From NCBI GenBank assembly GCA_044350705.1, contig JBILHA010000001.1:355431-419430 (forward strand): a DNA stretch of 64,000 nt, written 5' to 3'. The position numbers were made by a program, and so were the translations under genes. Below the pieces are notes generated by a model. The model ran no database searches. It saw only the letters and a program-made list of their open reading frames with translations, and was not told the DNA's origin. The DNA comes from Candidatus Kapaibacterium sp. GTDB taxonomy: Bacteria; Patescibacteriota; Patescibacteriia; UBA9934. Below, one piece after another: positions 46,140 through 57,108 of the stretch; position 1 is the stretch's first letter; each line of letters starts with the position of its first letter.

Positions 46140-47279
46140 TTAGACCACGATACGAGGTAGGTGTTGTGAGATACGCGTTACTACTTCATAGTGGACCGTA
46201 CCCCATGCTTGTGCCCATTCATCCGCGGTTACTGTACCTAGACCCTCACGTCCAATCAGGGTTACCTCATCACCTGCCTTTGTGCCAGCAGGCGCGCCTC
46301 CAATATCGATCATGCACATATTCATGCATATTCGTCCCACGATGGGACAGCGCGTCCCTCGAACGACCACAAAGCCCTTATTGCCCGCTCGCCGATCAAG
46401 GCCGTCATAATAGCCTACGGGAATAACACCGATACGCATGGGCCTATTTGCCTTGAAGCTTCCGCCATATCCAATCGCTGCACCAGGAGGGATGTCTTGC
46501 ACATGTACAAGGTGTGTTTTCCAACTGAGTACCGGGGAAAGCTGGACATGTCGCTTTCCGAGCGTCCCCTGTCTCCGAACGTCCGGAGAAGGCCACAGGC
46601 CGTACAACATGATACCCAAGCGCACCATGCTGTGTTGCATATGCGGATCAAGGAGTGTTGCCGCTGAGCAGGAGATATGGTGGTAGGGGGCATATATCCC
46701 TTGCGCTTTAAGCCAAACTATTGCGTCGCAAAATATTGTATTTTGTCGTTTTGTTTCCCATTCCGCTGAGGCATCTTCACTACTTGCAAAGTGCGAGGCA
46801 ACAGACTGCACAAACACCCAGCCTTTCCACTCAGCCAATGCTCGCATCATGGCGTGCACCACACGCTCTTGTGCGCCCAGACGATACAAGCCCGTTTCTA
46901 TTTCAAGAGTCACCTGAACGGGCATTCCCAAACGCTTTGCAACATTTCCCAAGGCAACAATTTCTTCTGGAGAAGATACCGTTTGTATAGCCCTCGCCCG
47001 TACCACGCGCTCATATTCTTCTGCCATTTGCATTCCTAAAAGAAAGATAGAGGCCTGTTCCCCCGCTACCCGTCTTACCTCTTCTGCCTCGTGTATTGCA
47101 TCGACCGCAAAATGCGCTATCCCCTCTTCCAGACAGATGCGTACGACGGGAGCAATTCCATGCCCATATGCAAATGCTTTTACCACCGCGCAGAATACAA
47201 CACCGGGCTCAAGAATACTCTTGAGCCCTGCAATATTGTTCCGAAGCGCATCTTGCGATATTTCAACCCACGTGCGCAT
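46140..47279 (-). CDS. alr: Alanine racemase
   Basis: AVVKAFAYGHG, VRLGIMLYG, IGYGG, VGYYDG, GRICMN, YEVVT. Confidence 0.92.
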   Translation of the reverse strand: MRTWVEISQDALRNNIAGLKSILEPGVVFCAVVKAFAYGHGIAPVVRICLEEGIAHFAVDAIHEAEEVRRVAGEQASIFLLGMQMAEEYERVVRARAIQTVSSPEEIVALGNVAKRLGMPVQVTLEIETGLYRLGAQERVVHAMMRALAEWKGWVFVQSVASHFASSEDASAEWETKRQNTIFCDAIVWLKAQGIYAPYHHISCSAATLLDPHMQHSMVRLGIMLYGLWPSPDVRRQGTLGKRHVQLSPVLSWKTHLVHVQDIPPGAAIGYGGSFKANRPMRIGVIPVGYYDGLDRRAGNKGFVVVRGTRCPIVGRICMNMCMIDIGGAPAGTKAGDEVTLIGREGLGTVTADEWAQAWGTVHYEVVTRISQHLPRIVV

Positions 47280-47292
47280 AGGTAAAGAAATG

Positions 47293-48561
47293 TTACTTCT
47301 TCGTGATAACCTCTTTATTCCCCATCCAAGGACGAAGTACTTCAGGAATACGAATGCTTCCATCAGCTTGTTGATACTGCTCAAGCAATGCAACCATAAT
47401 GCGTCCAATCGCAAATGCGGTTCCATTCAGGGTATGCAGGAATTCAACGCCCCCTTCCGTGCGCTTTACCCGCGTATTGAGACGACGTGCCTGGTAGTCC
47501 GTACACGTGCTTGTTGAGTGCGTTTCACGATACGTATTTTGTGAAGGGATCCAGGTTTCAATGTCGTACTTGCGTGCAGCAGGCATTCCTAAGTCTCCCG
47601 TACACTGCTTGATCACTCGGTACGCCAAGCCCAACCCTTGTACCAGCTCTTCTTCAATCGCAAGCAATTTTTCATGCTCGGCATCTGAGGTTTCCGGTGT
47701 GGTATAGGAGAACATCTCGATCTTATCGAATTGGTGCATGCGGATAATGCCCTTCGTATCTTTTCCGTAGCTTCCCGCCTCACGACGATAGCAAGGGGAA
47801 ATTCCCACGTATCTTAAAGGAAGCTCTTCCTCCTTCAGGGTTTCATCCATGTGCAACGCACCAAGAGGCTGCTCCGCAGTCCCGATAAGATAGAGATTAT
47901 CCTTTTGCAGGTAGTAAATCTCATCCTGTCCGCCGTGTTCGAGGTAGCCCATTGCACGCATAACGCGGGGGGAGACCATGTGAGGAACCGTTGCAGGAAT
48001 GAATCCATGGCGCGTAATGAGGGAAAGTGCGTATTGGAAGAGTGCGAACTGCATGAGCGCAGCATCTCCCTTCAGATAGGCAAATCTTGCTCCTGCAGTA
48101 CGCGCACCACGTTCGGTGTCGATAATATCGAGCGCAGTTCCTAGCTCTAAGTGGTCCTTCACGGGAAAATCAAAAACAGGTACTTCACCTACCGTTTTTA
48201 CTACTTCATTTTCCGCATCACTCTCTCCGCGCTTCACGTCGGAAAGTGCAGGGTTAGGAATGAGGAAGAGCAGCTGCTCCAATTCTTCTTGGAGCGGTCG
48301 CTGCTTTGCTACGAGATCTTCGTATGCTTTATCTTCGGCACGCATCTCCTCGATGAGACGTGCTCGCTCATCTGCGCTCGCCTTGGGAATTTGCGCGGAA
48401 ACCGCATTCTTTTTTGCACGCATCGCCTCGATGTCCGCGGTGAGGGCGCGAACCTGAGAGTCCAGAACAAGAATACGATCAGTATCAATGTCTACGCCTT
48501 TTTCTCGTGCTGCGGTGCGGAAGTATCCAGGATTATCACGGAACTTTTTTAGGTCGATCAT
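47293..48561 (-). CDS. serS: Serine--tRNA ligase
   Basis: GTAEQP, YRREAG, RMHQFDKIE, DYQARRL, HTLNGT. Confidence 0.97.
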   Translation of the reverse strand: MIDLKKFRDNPGYFRTAAREKGVDIDTDRILVLDSQVRALTADIEAMRAKKNAVSAQIPKASADERARLIEEMRAEDKAYEDLVAKQRPLQEELEQLLFLIPNPALSDVKRGESDAENEVVKTVGEVPVFDFPVKDHLELGTALDIIDTERGARTAGARFAYLKGDAALMQFALFQYALSLITRHGFIPATVPHMVSPRVMRAMGYLEHGGQDEIYYLQKDNLYLIGTAEQPLGALHMDETLKEEELPLRYVGISPCYRREAGSYGKDTKGIIRMHQFDKIEMFSYTTPETSDAEHEKLLAIEEELVQGLGLAYRVIKQCTGDLGMPAARKYDIETWIPSQNTYRETHSTSTCTDYQARRLNTRVKRTEGGVEFLHTLNGTAFAIGRIMVALLEQYQQADGSIRIPEVLRPWMGNKEVITKK

Positions 48562-48573
48562 ACGGACATGCTC

Positions 48574-48975
48574 CTAGGGATGCAATAAGGATGTTTTGTA
48601 TTTTTCAGGATGAAAAGGGTTGAACGTGGCAATAGTCCCATGGTACCCGGTTTTCTCTTTCCATGCCAAGAAATGTGCTCTGAGTGCGTCTTGGTCATAG
48701 CCAAACCCAATAATCTCCGGCCGTTCTTCAAGGATGCACAAGTATTCTCCCTCCCTTGCATCGCTCGGACGTACTCGAGACACCGCAGGATGCTTTTTTA
48801 ACACGTGATAACGCTCTGCAAAGGGGTAATGAGGCTCTCGATGCTTCAACCTTCGTATTACCTCATCTTGGGCCAAGATGACGAGCACCTCCCCGTATGT
48901 CTTTGCTTCGCTCAAGAGGTGGTCATGGCCTGGATGCAAACCATCAAACGATCCGAACACGGCGATCACGGGCAT
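48574..48975 (-). CDS. Cytidylyltransferase-family nucleotidyltransferase (RibL/TagD-like)
   Basis: GSFDGLHPGH, GYDQ, KTS. Confidence 0.8.
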   Translation of the reverse strand: MPVIAVFGSFDGLHPGHDHLLSEAKTYGEVLVILAQDEVIRRLKHREPHYPFAERYHVLKKHPAVSRVRPSDAREGEYLCILEERPEIIGFGYDQDALRAHFLAWKEKTGYHGTIATFNPFHPEKYKTSLLHP

Positions 48976-48976
48976 A

Positions 48977-50446
48977 CTATTGCTTTGGCCGAAGTGTTGG
49001 GAAGAGGATGACTTCTTTGAGATTCGGTGATTCAGTGATCATCGCCGCCAAGCGGTCGATTCCTACCCCCATTCCTGCCGCAGGAGGCATACCAAGCTCA
49101 AGGGCAGCGATAAAATCTTCATCCATCCACTGCGCCTCCTCGCTTCCCTTCTCTCGAAGTTCCTGCTGAGCCAAGAAACGATTCTTTTGATCTTCAGGAT
49201 CATTCAATTCATGGTAATACGCATTGATAATCTCAGCACCGCATACCACCAGCTGCACCGAAGCACTCAACTGCTTTTCTTGCGTATGTTGGCGTGCAAG
49301 CGGCTTGAGGTCGAGAGGATAGTCATACACCCACGTCGGCTCCGTCATTTGTGGACGAGCCGTGGCTTTATAGAGTGCATCGAGGTACTCGCCCATGCCA
49401 TGACATCCGGAAAAGTCTGCTTTTATCTTTTTTGCCTTTACTTCTTTGATGAGCTCTTGCGGGGTGCTGAGAGATTTCACATCAATCCCGCTTGCCTCAC
49501 TAATTGCGTCGTAAAACGTTGTCCTTTTCCACGGCGCAGCGAAGTCTACTTCCCTCCCTTCAATTACCACGCGAAGATTTTCTCCACGCGCCGCATGAAG
49601 CGCGTAGCGTAACATTTCTTCAAGGAATGCGATGTACTTCTCCCCCGAGACATACGCCCAGTACATTTCCATCATGGTGAACTCGGGATTGTGCGCGTAA
49701 TCGATGCCTTCATTACGGAAACAACGGCCGATTTCGTAGATCTTTTCAAATCCTCCTACCAGCAGACGCTTGAGATACAGCTCAGGAGCAATGCGAAGGT
49801 ACAAATCAATATCGAGCGCATTGTGGTGGGTGATAAACGGGCGCGCATTTGCTCCCCCGGGAATACTTTGCAACATGGGCGTCTCTACTTCCAAAAAGCC
49901 CCGGTCATCCAAGAAACGGCGAAAAGCTGACGTGAGCTTTGAACGCATAACAAAGCGCTCCCGTACGGCAGGATTTGCGAGCAAATCTAATTCGCGCTGC
50001 CGGTATCGCACCTCAATATCCTGAAGTCCGTGCCACTTTTCCGGCAAAGGACGAATCGCCTTCGCAAGCGTACGTACTCGCGACGCCAAAAGTGATCGCT
50101 CGCCGGTTTTTGTAACGTACGCAGTCCCCGCGACTTCAAGGATGTCTCCCGTATCAAACAGCGATGACCAGGTTTCGTACTCCTCTCCCAGATCTTCTTT
50201 ACGCATGACCATTTGCATCTCTCCTGATTCGTCACGGAGTCGTACAAACGTAAGCGCTCCAATGCGACGTGCGGTCATTGCGCGGCCCGCAATAGTAAAC
50301 CGCTCTTGACTCTCGAATGCCGCATCAAATTTCTCGGCGATCTCCCCCACCAATGCCGTGCGCTCGGTATCCACGGGATACGCCTCTCCCTGCTCACGGA
50401 GTTTCGCCAAACGCTCTTTTCGTACTTCGTATTCGCTTTTTTCCAT
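48977..50446 (-). CDS. lysS: Lysine--tRNA ligase (class II)
   Basis: RYRQRELDL, LRIAPELYLKRL, FRNEG, HNPEFT, GMPPAAGMGVGIDRL. Confidence 0.97.
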   Translation of the reverse strand: MEKSEYEVRKERLAKLREQGEAYPVDTERTALVGEIAEKFDAAFESQERFTIAGRAMTARRIGALTFVRLRDESGEMQMVMRKEDLGEEYETWSSLFDTGDILEVAGTAYVTKTGERSLLASRVRTLAKAIRPLPEKWHGLQDIEVRYRQRELDLLANPAVRERFVMRSKLTSAFRRFLDDRGFLEVETPMLQSIPGGANARPFITHHNALDIDLYLRIAPELYLKRLLVGGFEKIYEIGRCFRNEGIDYAHNPEFTMMEMYWAYVSGEKYIAFLEEMLRYALHAARGENLRVVIEGREVDFAAPWKRTTFYDAISEASGIDVKSLSTPQELIKEVKAKKIKADFSGCHGMGEYLDALYKATARPQMTEPTWVYDYPLDLKPLARQHTQEKQLSASVQLVVCGAEIINAYYHELNDPEDQKNRFLAQQELREKGSEEAQWMDEDFIAALELGMPPAAGMGVGIDRLAAMITESPNLKEVILFPTLRPKQ

Positions 50447-50502
50447 ATTGGTTCCCAGTGTATAGGAGAAACTATAGCATTGTGAAGTGCGTACTTTTCC
50501 CC

Positions 50503-51753
50503 TTATACCAGCCTATCCGTATGAGCTAGCGCATCAAACTTCGCGGTCATTGTGGGATTTCCCCGTGTGAGTTTCTTGATGGTTAAATCCTCCGCTTTGT
50601 TATTTGCAATACGAAGATTGTTTTCAGACGAAAGAAGGGCTTCTTTGGTTTTTTGCAGATGATCAATCGTTTTCTCTATTTCTTCAATCGCGGTTTTGAA
50701 TTTACGACTCGCAAGCTCGTAATTTCTTGCAAATCCTTCTTTGAAGTTTTGGATGTTTTCTTCAAAGTGCGTAATGTCGATATCTTGATTTCTCACCAGT
50801 GCGAGTTCTGCTTTGTACTTCAGACAATTCAAAGATGCATTCCGAAGAAGCGTGATGATCTGAATAAAAAACTGCGGTCGAATCACGTACATCTTTTCGT
50901 ACTTATACGACATATCCACGATGCCCGTGTTGTACAGTTCACTATCCGCCTCAAGGAGCGAGACGAGAACCGCATATTCGCACTTCTTCTCACTACGATC
51001 TTTATCAAGCTCGCGAAGAAAGTCTTCATTCTTTTTCTTTGTCGCCGTTTCATCACCTTCGTTTTTCATTTCAAACATGATGGAAATAATTTCATTCCCT
51101 AACTCATCAGTTTCTCGATAGATGTAGTCGCCCTTGCTGCCGGTCCGCGCGTCATTGTCCTTTTCAAAATAGGCCTTTTGAAATGCGGTCGCTCTCAATT
51201 TATTAAACTCAGTCTCACAGTGCTGTTCGAGCGTCTCGCCAATCATTTTTGTTGAGAGCTTTACTTTCATATCTTTCCGCAGTGCAATTTCTTCGTCTTT
51301 CATCCTGATGATGTCGTCTTTTGTTTTGAGCTCAGCAATAAATTTTTCCTTGAGTGCAGTTTCGAGCAGCTGTTTTTCAACATTTTTATTCTGCAGCTCA
51401 TGCACAAGGCTGTCACGTTCTTTCTGCAGGTGCTGTATCGCCTCGGTAACTGCGAGTTTCTTCTCGATCTCTATAGATTCAATCTTTGCCTGAAGCTTGC
51501 TCATCTCAGCAGCTTTCTCGACTTTCATCCTGGCCATCTCTGCATCTTTCTGAAACAGGTCCTGCTGCAACGCACTTTTTACCTGCACCTCGACGAGCTT
51601 TACTGCGCTCTCTTTCTCTTTTTCAAGGAGCGCAAGCCGCTCATGCAATTCTCGATCGAATTCCTGGTTACGCACCTGCTTCAGAATATCCGCGAATCCG
51701 GTTTCATCAATGGTGAACGCTTTTTCACAGTGGGGGCATTTAATCTCATGCAT
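50503..51753 (-). CDS. DUF2130 coiled-coil protein
   Basis: [51 protein letters not shown]. Confidence 0.88.
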   Translation of the reverse strand: MHEIKCPHCEKAFTIDETGFADILKQVRNQEFDRELHERLALLEKEKESAVKLVEVQVKSALQQDLFQKDAEMARMKVEKAAEMSKLQAKIESIEIEKKLAVTEAIQHLQKERDSLVHELQNKNVEKQLLETALKEKFIAELKTKDDIIRMKDEEIALRKDMKVKLSTKMIGETLEQHCETEFNKLRATAFQKAYFEKDNDARTGSKGDYIYRETDELGNEIISIMFEMKNEGDETATKKKNEDFLRELDKDRSEKKCEYAVLVSLLEADSELYNTGIVDMSYKYEKMYVIRPQFFIQIITLLRNASLNCLKYKAELALVRNQDIDITHFEENIQNFKEGFARNYELASRKFKTAIEEIEKTIDHLQKTKEALLSSENNLRIANNKAEDLTIKKLTRGNPTMTAKFDALAHTDRLV

Positions 51754-51829
51754 ACTTTTCACCTATGCTAGCACTCTTCGGTGATTCAAAAAACCCCAGC
51801 AAATTCGTACTTTCTCCACCGGTGAGCAA

Positions 51830-51868
51830 AAACAAAAACAGACGACGCACGGCCGTCTGTTTTTGTTT
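51830..51868 (-). terminator. Terminator after greA
   Basis: AAACAAAAACAGACG...CGTCTGTTTTTGTTT. Confidence 0.7.
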
Positions 51869-52328
51869 ATTTTACCTGCACAATCGTGTACTCCATGGTC
51901 CCCGAGGGAACCTCTACTTTTACCGCTTCTCCCTCTTTACGACCAATGAATGCCTGACCCAAAGGAGAGGCGTTACTTATCCGTCCTTCCATGGGATTTG
52001 CTTCACTCTCTCCTACGAGCGAGAATGTTTTTTCCAATCCTTTTATAGAGACCACAAAAGTAGACCCAAGCGCGATCGCTCCTCCGTGCTGAGCGTCTAC
52101 GACCACCGCGCTTAACAGCATCTGCTGCAGTTCAGTGATGCGCATTTCGTTTTGTCCCTGCTGTTCACGCGCTTCATGATAAGCAAAGTTTTCGGAGAGA
52201 TCTCCCATTTCTCGGGCATCCGCAATCTTCGCCGCAATTTCTGGGCGAAGCACTTTGATACGCATTTCTAATTCCTGTTTCAGCTCAGCAAGTGCTTGCG
52301 CGGAAACGTAGGTTACATTATTTTCCAT
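51867..52328 (-). CDS. greA: Transcription elongation factor GreA
   Basis: GDLSENFAY, ISNASPLGQA. Confidence 0.95.
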   Translation of the reverse strand: MENNVTYVSAQALAELKQELEMRIKVLRPEIAAKIADAREMGDLSENFAYHEAREQQGQNEMRITELQQMLLSAVVVDAQHGGAIALGSTFVVSIKGLEKTFSLVGESEANPMEGRISNASPLGQAFIGRKEGEAVKVEVPSGTMEYTIVQVK

Positions 52329-52447
52329 ATATTTTCATTTACTCAAAGATCCTCCAGTTTCTGGGATCTGTCCCAAGATGACACGGCGAGAAAGAAAACG
52401 GCGCGAGCCACAGGCTCAGCGACGTTTTTCGTGATTGAGTGAGTATA

Positions 52448-54340
52448 TCACTCCGCCGCTTCATCGTCAACCTGAGAAAAGTACCACGCGAGCACGTCAC
52501 GGGCGATTGGAGAAGCAAGCGAAAACTCACCCCCCTGCTCCACGATCACCGTAATCACCACCTCCGGATTTTCATAGGGCGCAAAGCCGGTAAACCATGA
52601 GTGAGGCTGCAAGGTGGACGACCACTGAGCGGTTCCTGTTTTGCCTGCAGAGGTCACTGGGAGCGATTGGAATGCCTGCGCTGTCCCGCGAAGAACGGTA
52701 TCGCGCATCCCTTTTTGTACTATCCCCACCACCTCAGGAGAAAGGATGCGCTCTTTTTCTCCTTGAGCATCTTTGAGGAGGACTGGAGTTACGAGCTCTC
52801 CCCCATTTGCAACCGCCGCAGTCATCCGCGCAATCTGCAGAGGACTGACAAGTACATCTCCCTGACCAATGGATACATTGTACGTATCACCAATATACCA
52901 AGGCTCTCCCTTTACCTCTTCCTTCCATGCCTTTGACGGCAGAAATCCCCGAGACTCCCCCGATAGTCCGATCCCCGTGTATTCGCCAAGCCCGAACGTA
53001 CGCGCCCACTCCATCAACCGCTCAATCCCCATTCCCGTGAAATCTCCCGTTCCTCCGCCGATGGCATAAAAAAAGGTATTCACCGAGTCGGCAATGGCGA
53101 AAGAGACATCCGTGAGTCCATGCCCCCCTCCGCGCCAATCCGGGAAAAAGCGATTCCCGAGCCAAAGCCCCCCCGTTGAAAGAAAGGTCGTCTGAGGAGA
53201 AATAATCCCATCAGTGAGCGCGCCTGCAGCATAGAGCACTTTGATCGTTGAACCGGCAGGATAAGACCCGGCAATGCTTCGATTAAATAACGGAGCATTT
53301 GGATCATCGACGAGCGCGCTGTAGGTTTCTTGGCTCACTCCTTCTGTAAAAAGATTCGCGTCAAAGGAGGGATATGACACCATGGCTAATACCTCTCCGG
53401 TGTTTGGCTGCATCACCATGACCGAGGCACGTGCCACAGGAGCGTTCTCGAGCCTGCTTGCGATCACTTGTTCTATATACGCATGTAAGCTTGCATCCAG
53501 CGAAAGCGTGAGATCTTCACCTTGGAGCGGATCTTCTTGCAAGAGCGTGCGAAGCACTCCCCCCTGGGCATCTACTTCTACAAGCGTTTCCCCATTTTCA
53601 CCACGGAGCCTCTCTTCAAACAGGCGTTCAACACCCTGCTTTCCGATGCGATCAAACGGGCGGTATCCCGCTTCCTTTTTCGTGGAATATTCTTCCGAAG
53701 AAAGCCCGGCCGTATATCCCAATACATGAGAGAGACTTGGAATGCGGTCAGTGATGTATGAGCGCTCTTCATTTACCTCTATCCGAATAGCTTGCGGCAA
53801 TCCCCCCTCTGCAAGATAGCGCAGCGCGCATTCAGCAGTGAGATGGTCTGCGAGCACAAACTCCACCTCTTTTTTTCTTCTCGCTTCATGTACCGCTTCG
53901 AGCAACTCCTCACGAGATAGTCCGCACGAGACCATGAGCGGCGCAAATACATCTTGCAAGGCCTCATCTTCTTCGGGAAGCAGGGTGGTATATGACAGTA
54001 GACGATAATCAGGGTCGTTCTTTGCCAGCACCGTTCCATGACGATCATAGAGCCTCCCCCGATGAGCGACGTTCACCACTCGCTGCAAGCGATTTTGTTC
54101 GGCAACCAATCGCAATTCATCCCCTTCGATGACCTGCAATTCCGCGAGACGGACGCCCATGAAAAAAAAGATTGTTGCACAGATTGCCACTCCCACTTTT
54201 CTTCTGATTTTCTCTCGTTTTCTCGGCGCCTCTGCAGGAAGGAGCTGGTCTTCCTCTTCCGCATTCACAAACGAACGCTCAGCTTGTGGGAGCGCTTCTT
54301 CTTGCCATTCTGGACCAAAGAGTGATCGTTTCTCACGCAT
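52448..54340 (-). CDS. mrdA: Penicillin-binding protein 2
   Basis: RGRLYDRHG, GSTIK (SxxK), SVN, KTGTAQ. Confidence 0.93.
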   Translation of the reverse strand: MREKRSLFGPEWQEEALPQAERSFVNAEEEDQLLPAEAPRKREKIRRKVGVAICATIFFFMGVRLAELQVIEGDELRLVAEQNRLQRVVNVAHRGRLYDRHGTVLAKNDPDYRLLSYTTLLPEEDEALQDVFAPLMVSCGLSREELLEAVHEARRKKEVEFVLADHLTAECALRYLAEGGLPQAIRIEVNEERSYITDRIPSLSHVLGYTAGLSSEEYSTKKEAGYRPFDRIGKQGVERLFEERLRGENGETLVEVDAQGGVLRTLLQEDPLQGEDLTLSLDASLHAYIEQVIASRLENAPVARASVMVMQPNTGEVLAMVSYPSFDANLFTEGVSQETYSALVDDPNAPLFNRSIAGSYPAGSTIKVLYAAGALTDGIISPQTTFLSTGGLWLGNRFFPDWRGGGHGLTDVSFAIADSVNTFFYAIGGGTGDFTGMGIERLMEWARTFGLGEYTGIGLSGESRGFLPSKAWKEEVKGEPWYIGDTYNVSIGQGDVLVSPLQIARMTAAVANGGELVTPVLLKDAQGEKERILSPEVVGIVQKGMRDTVLRGTAQAFQSLPVTSAGKTGTAQWSSTLQPHSWFTGFAPYENPEVVITVIVEQGGEFSLASPIARDVLAWYFSQVDDEAAE

Positions 54341-54800
54341 ACGGCGAAAACCATCTTCCTTTTAACACGTTTCCCGCAAGATACATTCCTGACACTTCTA
54401 CGATGACGCAGGCTATGAAGATCACCCACTCCCGCCATGAGAACAGCGGCATGCGCTCGAGCATGAGTCCCGCAAAAAGGACTCCTGCCGCAATACCCAT
54501 GAGCACCCGCGATCCATGCGCTGCGAGTACGGTCACTGCTCCATACCACAGCACTGCCACGACGCTCATGATCGCTGCTGATACAACCGCATCTCGTATC
54601 CACCATGCCACAAGCGCATGCAGGAGCAAACAGATCAGTCCCCATTCAAATCCGCCCATCGCGCTAATCATTACGAGGAGCGATGAAAGAAATATGGCTT
54701 CGGCAAAGGTATGCGGAGGATGACCTGCGGCTCCCTGTACGAGTGCGAACAGGAGCATCCCTATTCCTACCCCTACCGCAGGAAGGGAAAATTTTCTCAT
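54333..54800 (-). CDS. Membrane protein in the MreD position
   Basis: Hydrophobic ORF between mreC and mrdA, overlapping both. Confidence 0.55.
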   Translation of the reverse strand: MRKFSLPAVGVGIGMLLFALVQGAAGHPPHTFAEAIFLSSLLVMISAMGGFEWGLICLLLHALVAWWIRDAVVSAAIMSVVAVLWYGAVTVLAAHGSRVLMGIAAGVLFAGLMLERMPLFSWREWVIFIACVIVEVSGMYLAGNVLKGRWFSPYA

Positions 54801-55567
54801 AGCGAAGGGATATGAAAGACTTCTCCTTCCCACCATGCGTCGCTATAGATAAGCGGCTCGACCTTGATGCGATAAAACGGCGAAGGATCGGCGTCTATCA
54901 CTTCTTTTACCGTACCCAGCGCAAGCCCGCGGGTTATCCCTCCTCCCAAACCGCTCGTCACCACCGTATCTCCCACCTCTACTGCACTGCCTTTTGGAAC
55001 ATAGAGTAACTCTAACCATGCACCTCCGGTTCCTTTTGCTATTCCTACCGTCTCTTCTTTTCCCGAGACCATAGCAGGAATGGCACTTTGTGCGTGGGTA
55101 ATCGTTTGCACGACCGCGAGATCATTTTTTGCTTCAACCACCATTCCTAACAAGATCCTTCCCACTCCTACTCCTTCGCCTACGACAAACGGATCCCCCT
55201 TTTGCTTCCATACCAGGACATCCTCTTCATCTCCCTGGTATGCACGCGCAACCACCTGCACAGGAAGTGCCCGCACCGGACCCACATCGGTATATCGGAG
55301 TGTGCTCATCTCCTGCACGAGCTTTTCCTTCTCTTCCGTACAGGTCATGAGCGCATGCTCCTCCCAGCTCTCTTCAAGAAAGACATAGCGCACGGCCTGT
55401 CCTATTCGGGTAGCTCCGCGTACAAAACGAGCCTCCCCGTGCAGGATCGTCGGACGGGTAACTGAAAAAGACCGCAATCCCACGTAGAGTACAAAGGGAA
55501 TGAGGATACCAAGGGTCAAGAGAAAGCGCCGCAGGACACCTTCTGGAAGTCGAAATCTGCGGGGCAT
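54797..55567 (-). CDS. mreC: Rod shape-determining protein MreC
   Basis: N-terminal TM, GDTVVTSGLGG..GLALG, position after mreB. Confidence 0.85.
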   Translation of the reverse strand: MPRRFRLPEGVLRRFLLTLGILIPFVLYVGLRSFSVTRPTILHGEARFVRGATRIGQAVRYVFLEESWEEHALMTCTEEKEKLVQEMSTLRYTDVGPVRALPVQVVARAYQGDEEDVLVWKQKGDPFVVGEGVGVGRILLGMVVEAKNDLAVVQTITHAQSAIPAMVSGKEETVGIAKGTGGAWLELLYVPKGSAVEVGDTVVTSGLGGGITRGLALGTVKEVIDADPSPFYRIKVEPLIYSDAWWEGEVFHIPSL

Positions 55568-55573
55568 AGTTTC

Positions 55574-56626
55574 TTACGCAAAAGAGGCGTCTTGCGTTGA
55601 AGGAAGGGCTATTCCTTTTAAGAGCTCTTCATTTGCTAATAGCGCTGCCGCACCTCGCACGTTCGCGGTCATCGGATCTTCAATGACGCGCACGGGAATG
55701 GCCGTTTCGCGTGCAATGGTTTTTTCGATACCGCGTAAAAGCGCTGATCCTCCCACGAGAACCACGCCTCGTTCATAGATATCTGCAACAAGTTCTGCAG
55801 GCGTTGCCTCGAGTGTTGCCTTGATACTACTGAGAATCACCGCAATGTTGCGCTGGAGCGCATCGCGCACCTCTGATTCCTTGAGGATGATTTGCTTTGG
55901 CAGTCCCGTTACTAAATGACGGCCGCGCACTTCCATTTCGTACGGGGTGCCGGTATCAAGCGTGCTTCCGAGCCTCCACTTCACCTCTTCAGCAACTTTC
56001 TCTCCAATGAGCAGACTGTAGGCATCGCGCACATACTGCGTGATATTTCTCGTCATTTCTTCACCGGCCACGGAAAGCGTACGAGATGTCACCACTCCCC
56101 CCAGCGAAACCACCGCAATCTGCGTCATTCCTCCCCCAATATCTACGATCATGGATCCCACGCTCTCCATCACCGGAAGTCCCGCGCCTACTGCCGCAGC
56201 AATAGGACTTTCTACGAGGGTGACCACGCGGGCTCCTGCAGAAAGCGCTGCGTCTTCTACGGCTTTTCGCTCCACCTCAGTGGTTTCAAGGGGAACGGTC
56301 ATGACCATACGCGGTCGCGGCAAAGGCGTAGGTACATCCGCATGCACACGGTCAATGAAATACCTGAGCATTTTTTCGGTAATTTCAAAATCTGAAATGA
56401 CCCCTTTGAGCAACGGGCGCGTGACCGAAAGGTGCGCAGGCGTTTTTCCGAGCATGTCGCGCGCCGAAGTTCCTACGGCCACAATAGCTTGGGTACGAGT
56501 GTTTACCGTCACGAGCGAAGGCTCGTGAATCACTAAACCTCGATCTTTTACGGCAACACGGGTATGGGAAGTTCCCAAATCAACCGCAATATCCTGTGAA
56601 AATTTCGCCATCCATCGTTCAAACAT
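55574..56626 (-). CDS. mreB: Rod shape-determining protein MreB
   Basis: AVDLGT, EPS, RPL..GVISDF, VDIGGG, TPAEL. Confidence 0.93.
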   Translation of the reverse strand: MFERWMAKFSQDIAVDLGTSHTRVAVKDRGLVIHEPSLVTVNTRTQAIVAVGTSARDMLGKTPAHLSVTRPLLKGVISDFEITEKMLRYFIDRVHADVPTPLPRPRMVMTVPLETTEVERKAVEDAALSAGARVVTLVESPIAAAVGAGLPVMESVGSMIVDIGGGMTQIAVVSLGGVVTSRTLSVAGEEMTRNITQYVRDAYSLLIGEKVAEEVKWRLGSTLDTGTPYEMEVRGRHLVTGLPKQIILKESEVRDALQRNIAVILSSIKATLEATPAELVADIYERGVVLVGGSALLRGIEKTIARETAIPVRVIEDPMTANVRGAAALLANEELLKGIALPSTQDASFA

Positions 56627-56691
56627 ACAAAAAAGGGGTTGAGGAATCCCAACAAGATACTAAAGAAGTCTCTCCACTCCCACAATCCCAG

Positions 56692-57105
56692 TTATCCCCG
56701 GCGTAACACTCGCTCTACATGACGCTCCTCCCACATGAGGAGTGCGAACTCCACAATACCGATCACAAAGAATGCGAGCAGGAACCATGCAGGGGAAAAG
56801 AGCCGACTCGCAAGCGCAAGACACCCTCCTACCACAATGAGTCCGAGCAGTCCCCCTTGGCGGAGTGATCGCACGAGTACCCGGAGGATTCCTGCTTCGT
56901 CGTGACTCTCTACTTTTCTTGAGCGGATGAGGGTTCCGAGCGTTGCCATGAGACCCATGACGGTAAAAAAGAGGGTGATGTAAAACGCGAAGAATCCAAA
57001 CATTCCCGCCGTGAAGGGGTTCATACTTACCAGCACTACAAACCAGCCAATACTCGCCGCACAGGTGCCGGTGAGAAGAATGAGGAGGTATTCGCGGAGG
57101 GACAT
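56692..57105 (-). CDS. Hypothetical 4-TM membrane protein
   Basis: Hydrophobic ORF with SLRQG motif; TATG start. Confidence 0.7.
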   Translation of the reverse strand: MSLREYLLILLTGTCAASIGWFVVLVSMNPFTAGMFGFFAFYITLFFTVMGLMATLGTLIRSRKVESHDEAGILRVLVRSLRQGGLLGLIVVGGCLALASRLFSPAWFLLAFFVIGIVEFALLMWEERHVERVLRRG

Positions 57106-57108
57106 AGC

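Noticed and set aside
51768-51777. TAGCACTC upstream of DUF2130 as a second CIRCE
   Set aside because: Only a half-site; no GAGTGCTAA arm 9 nt away
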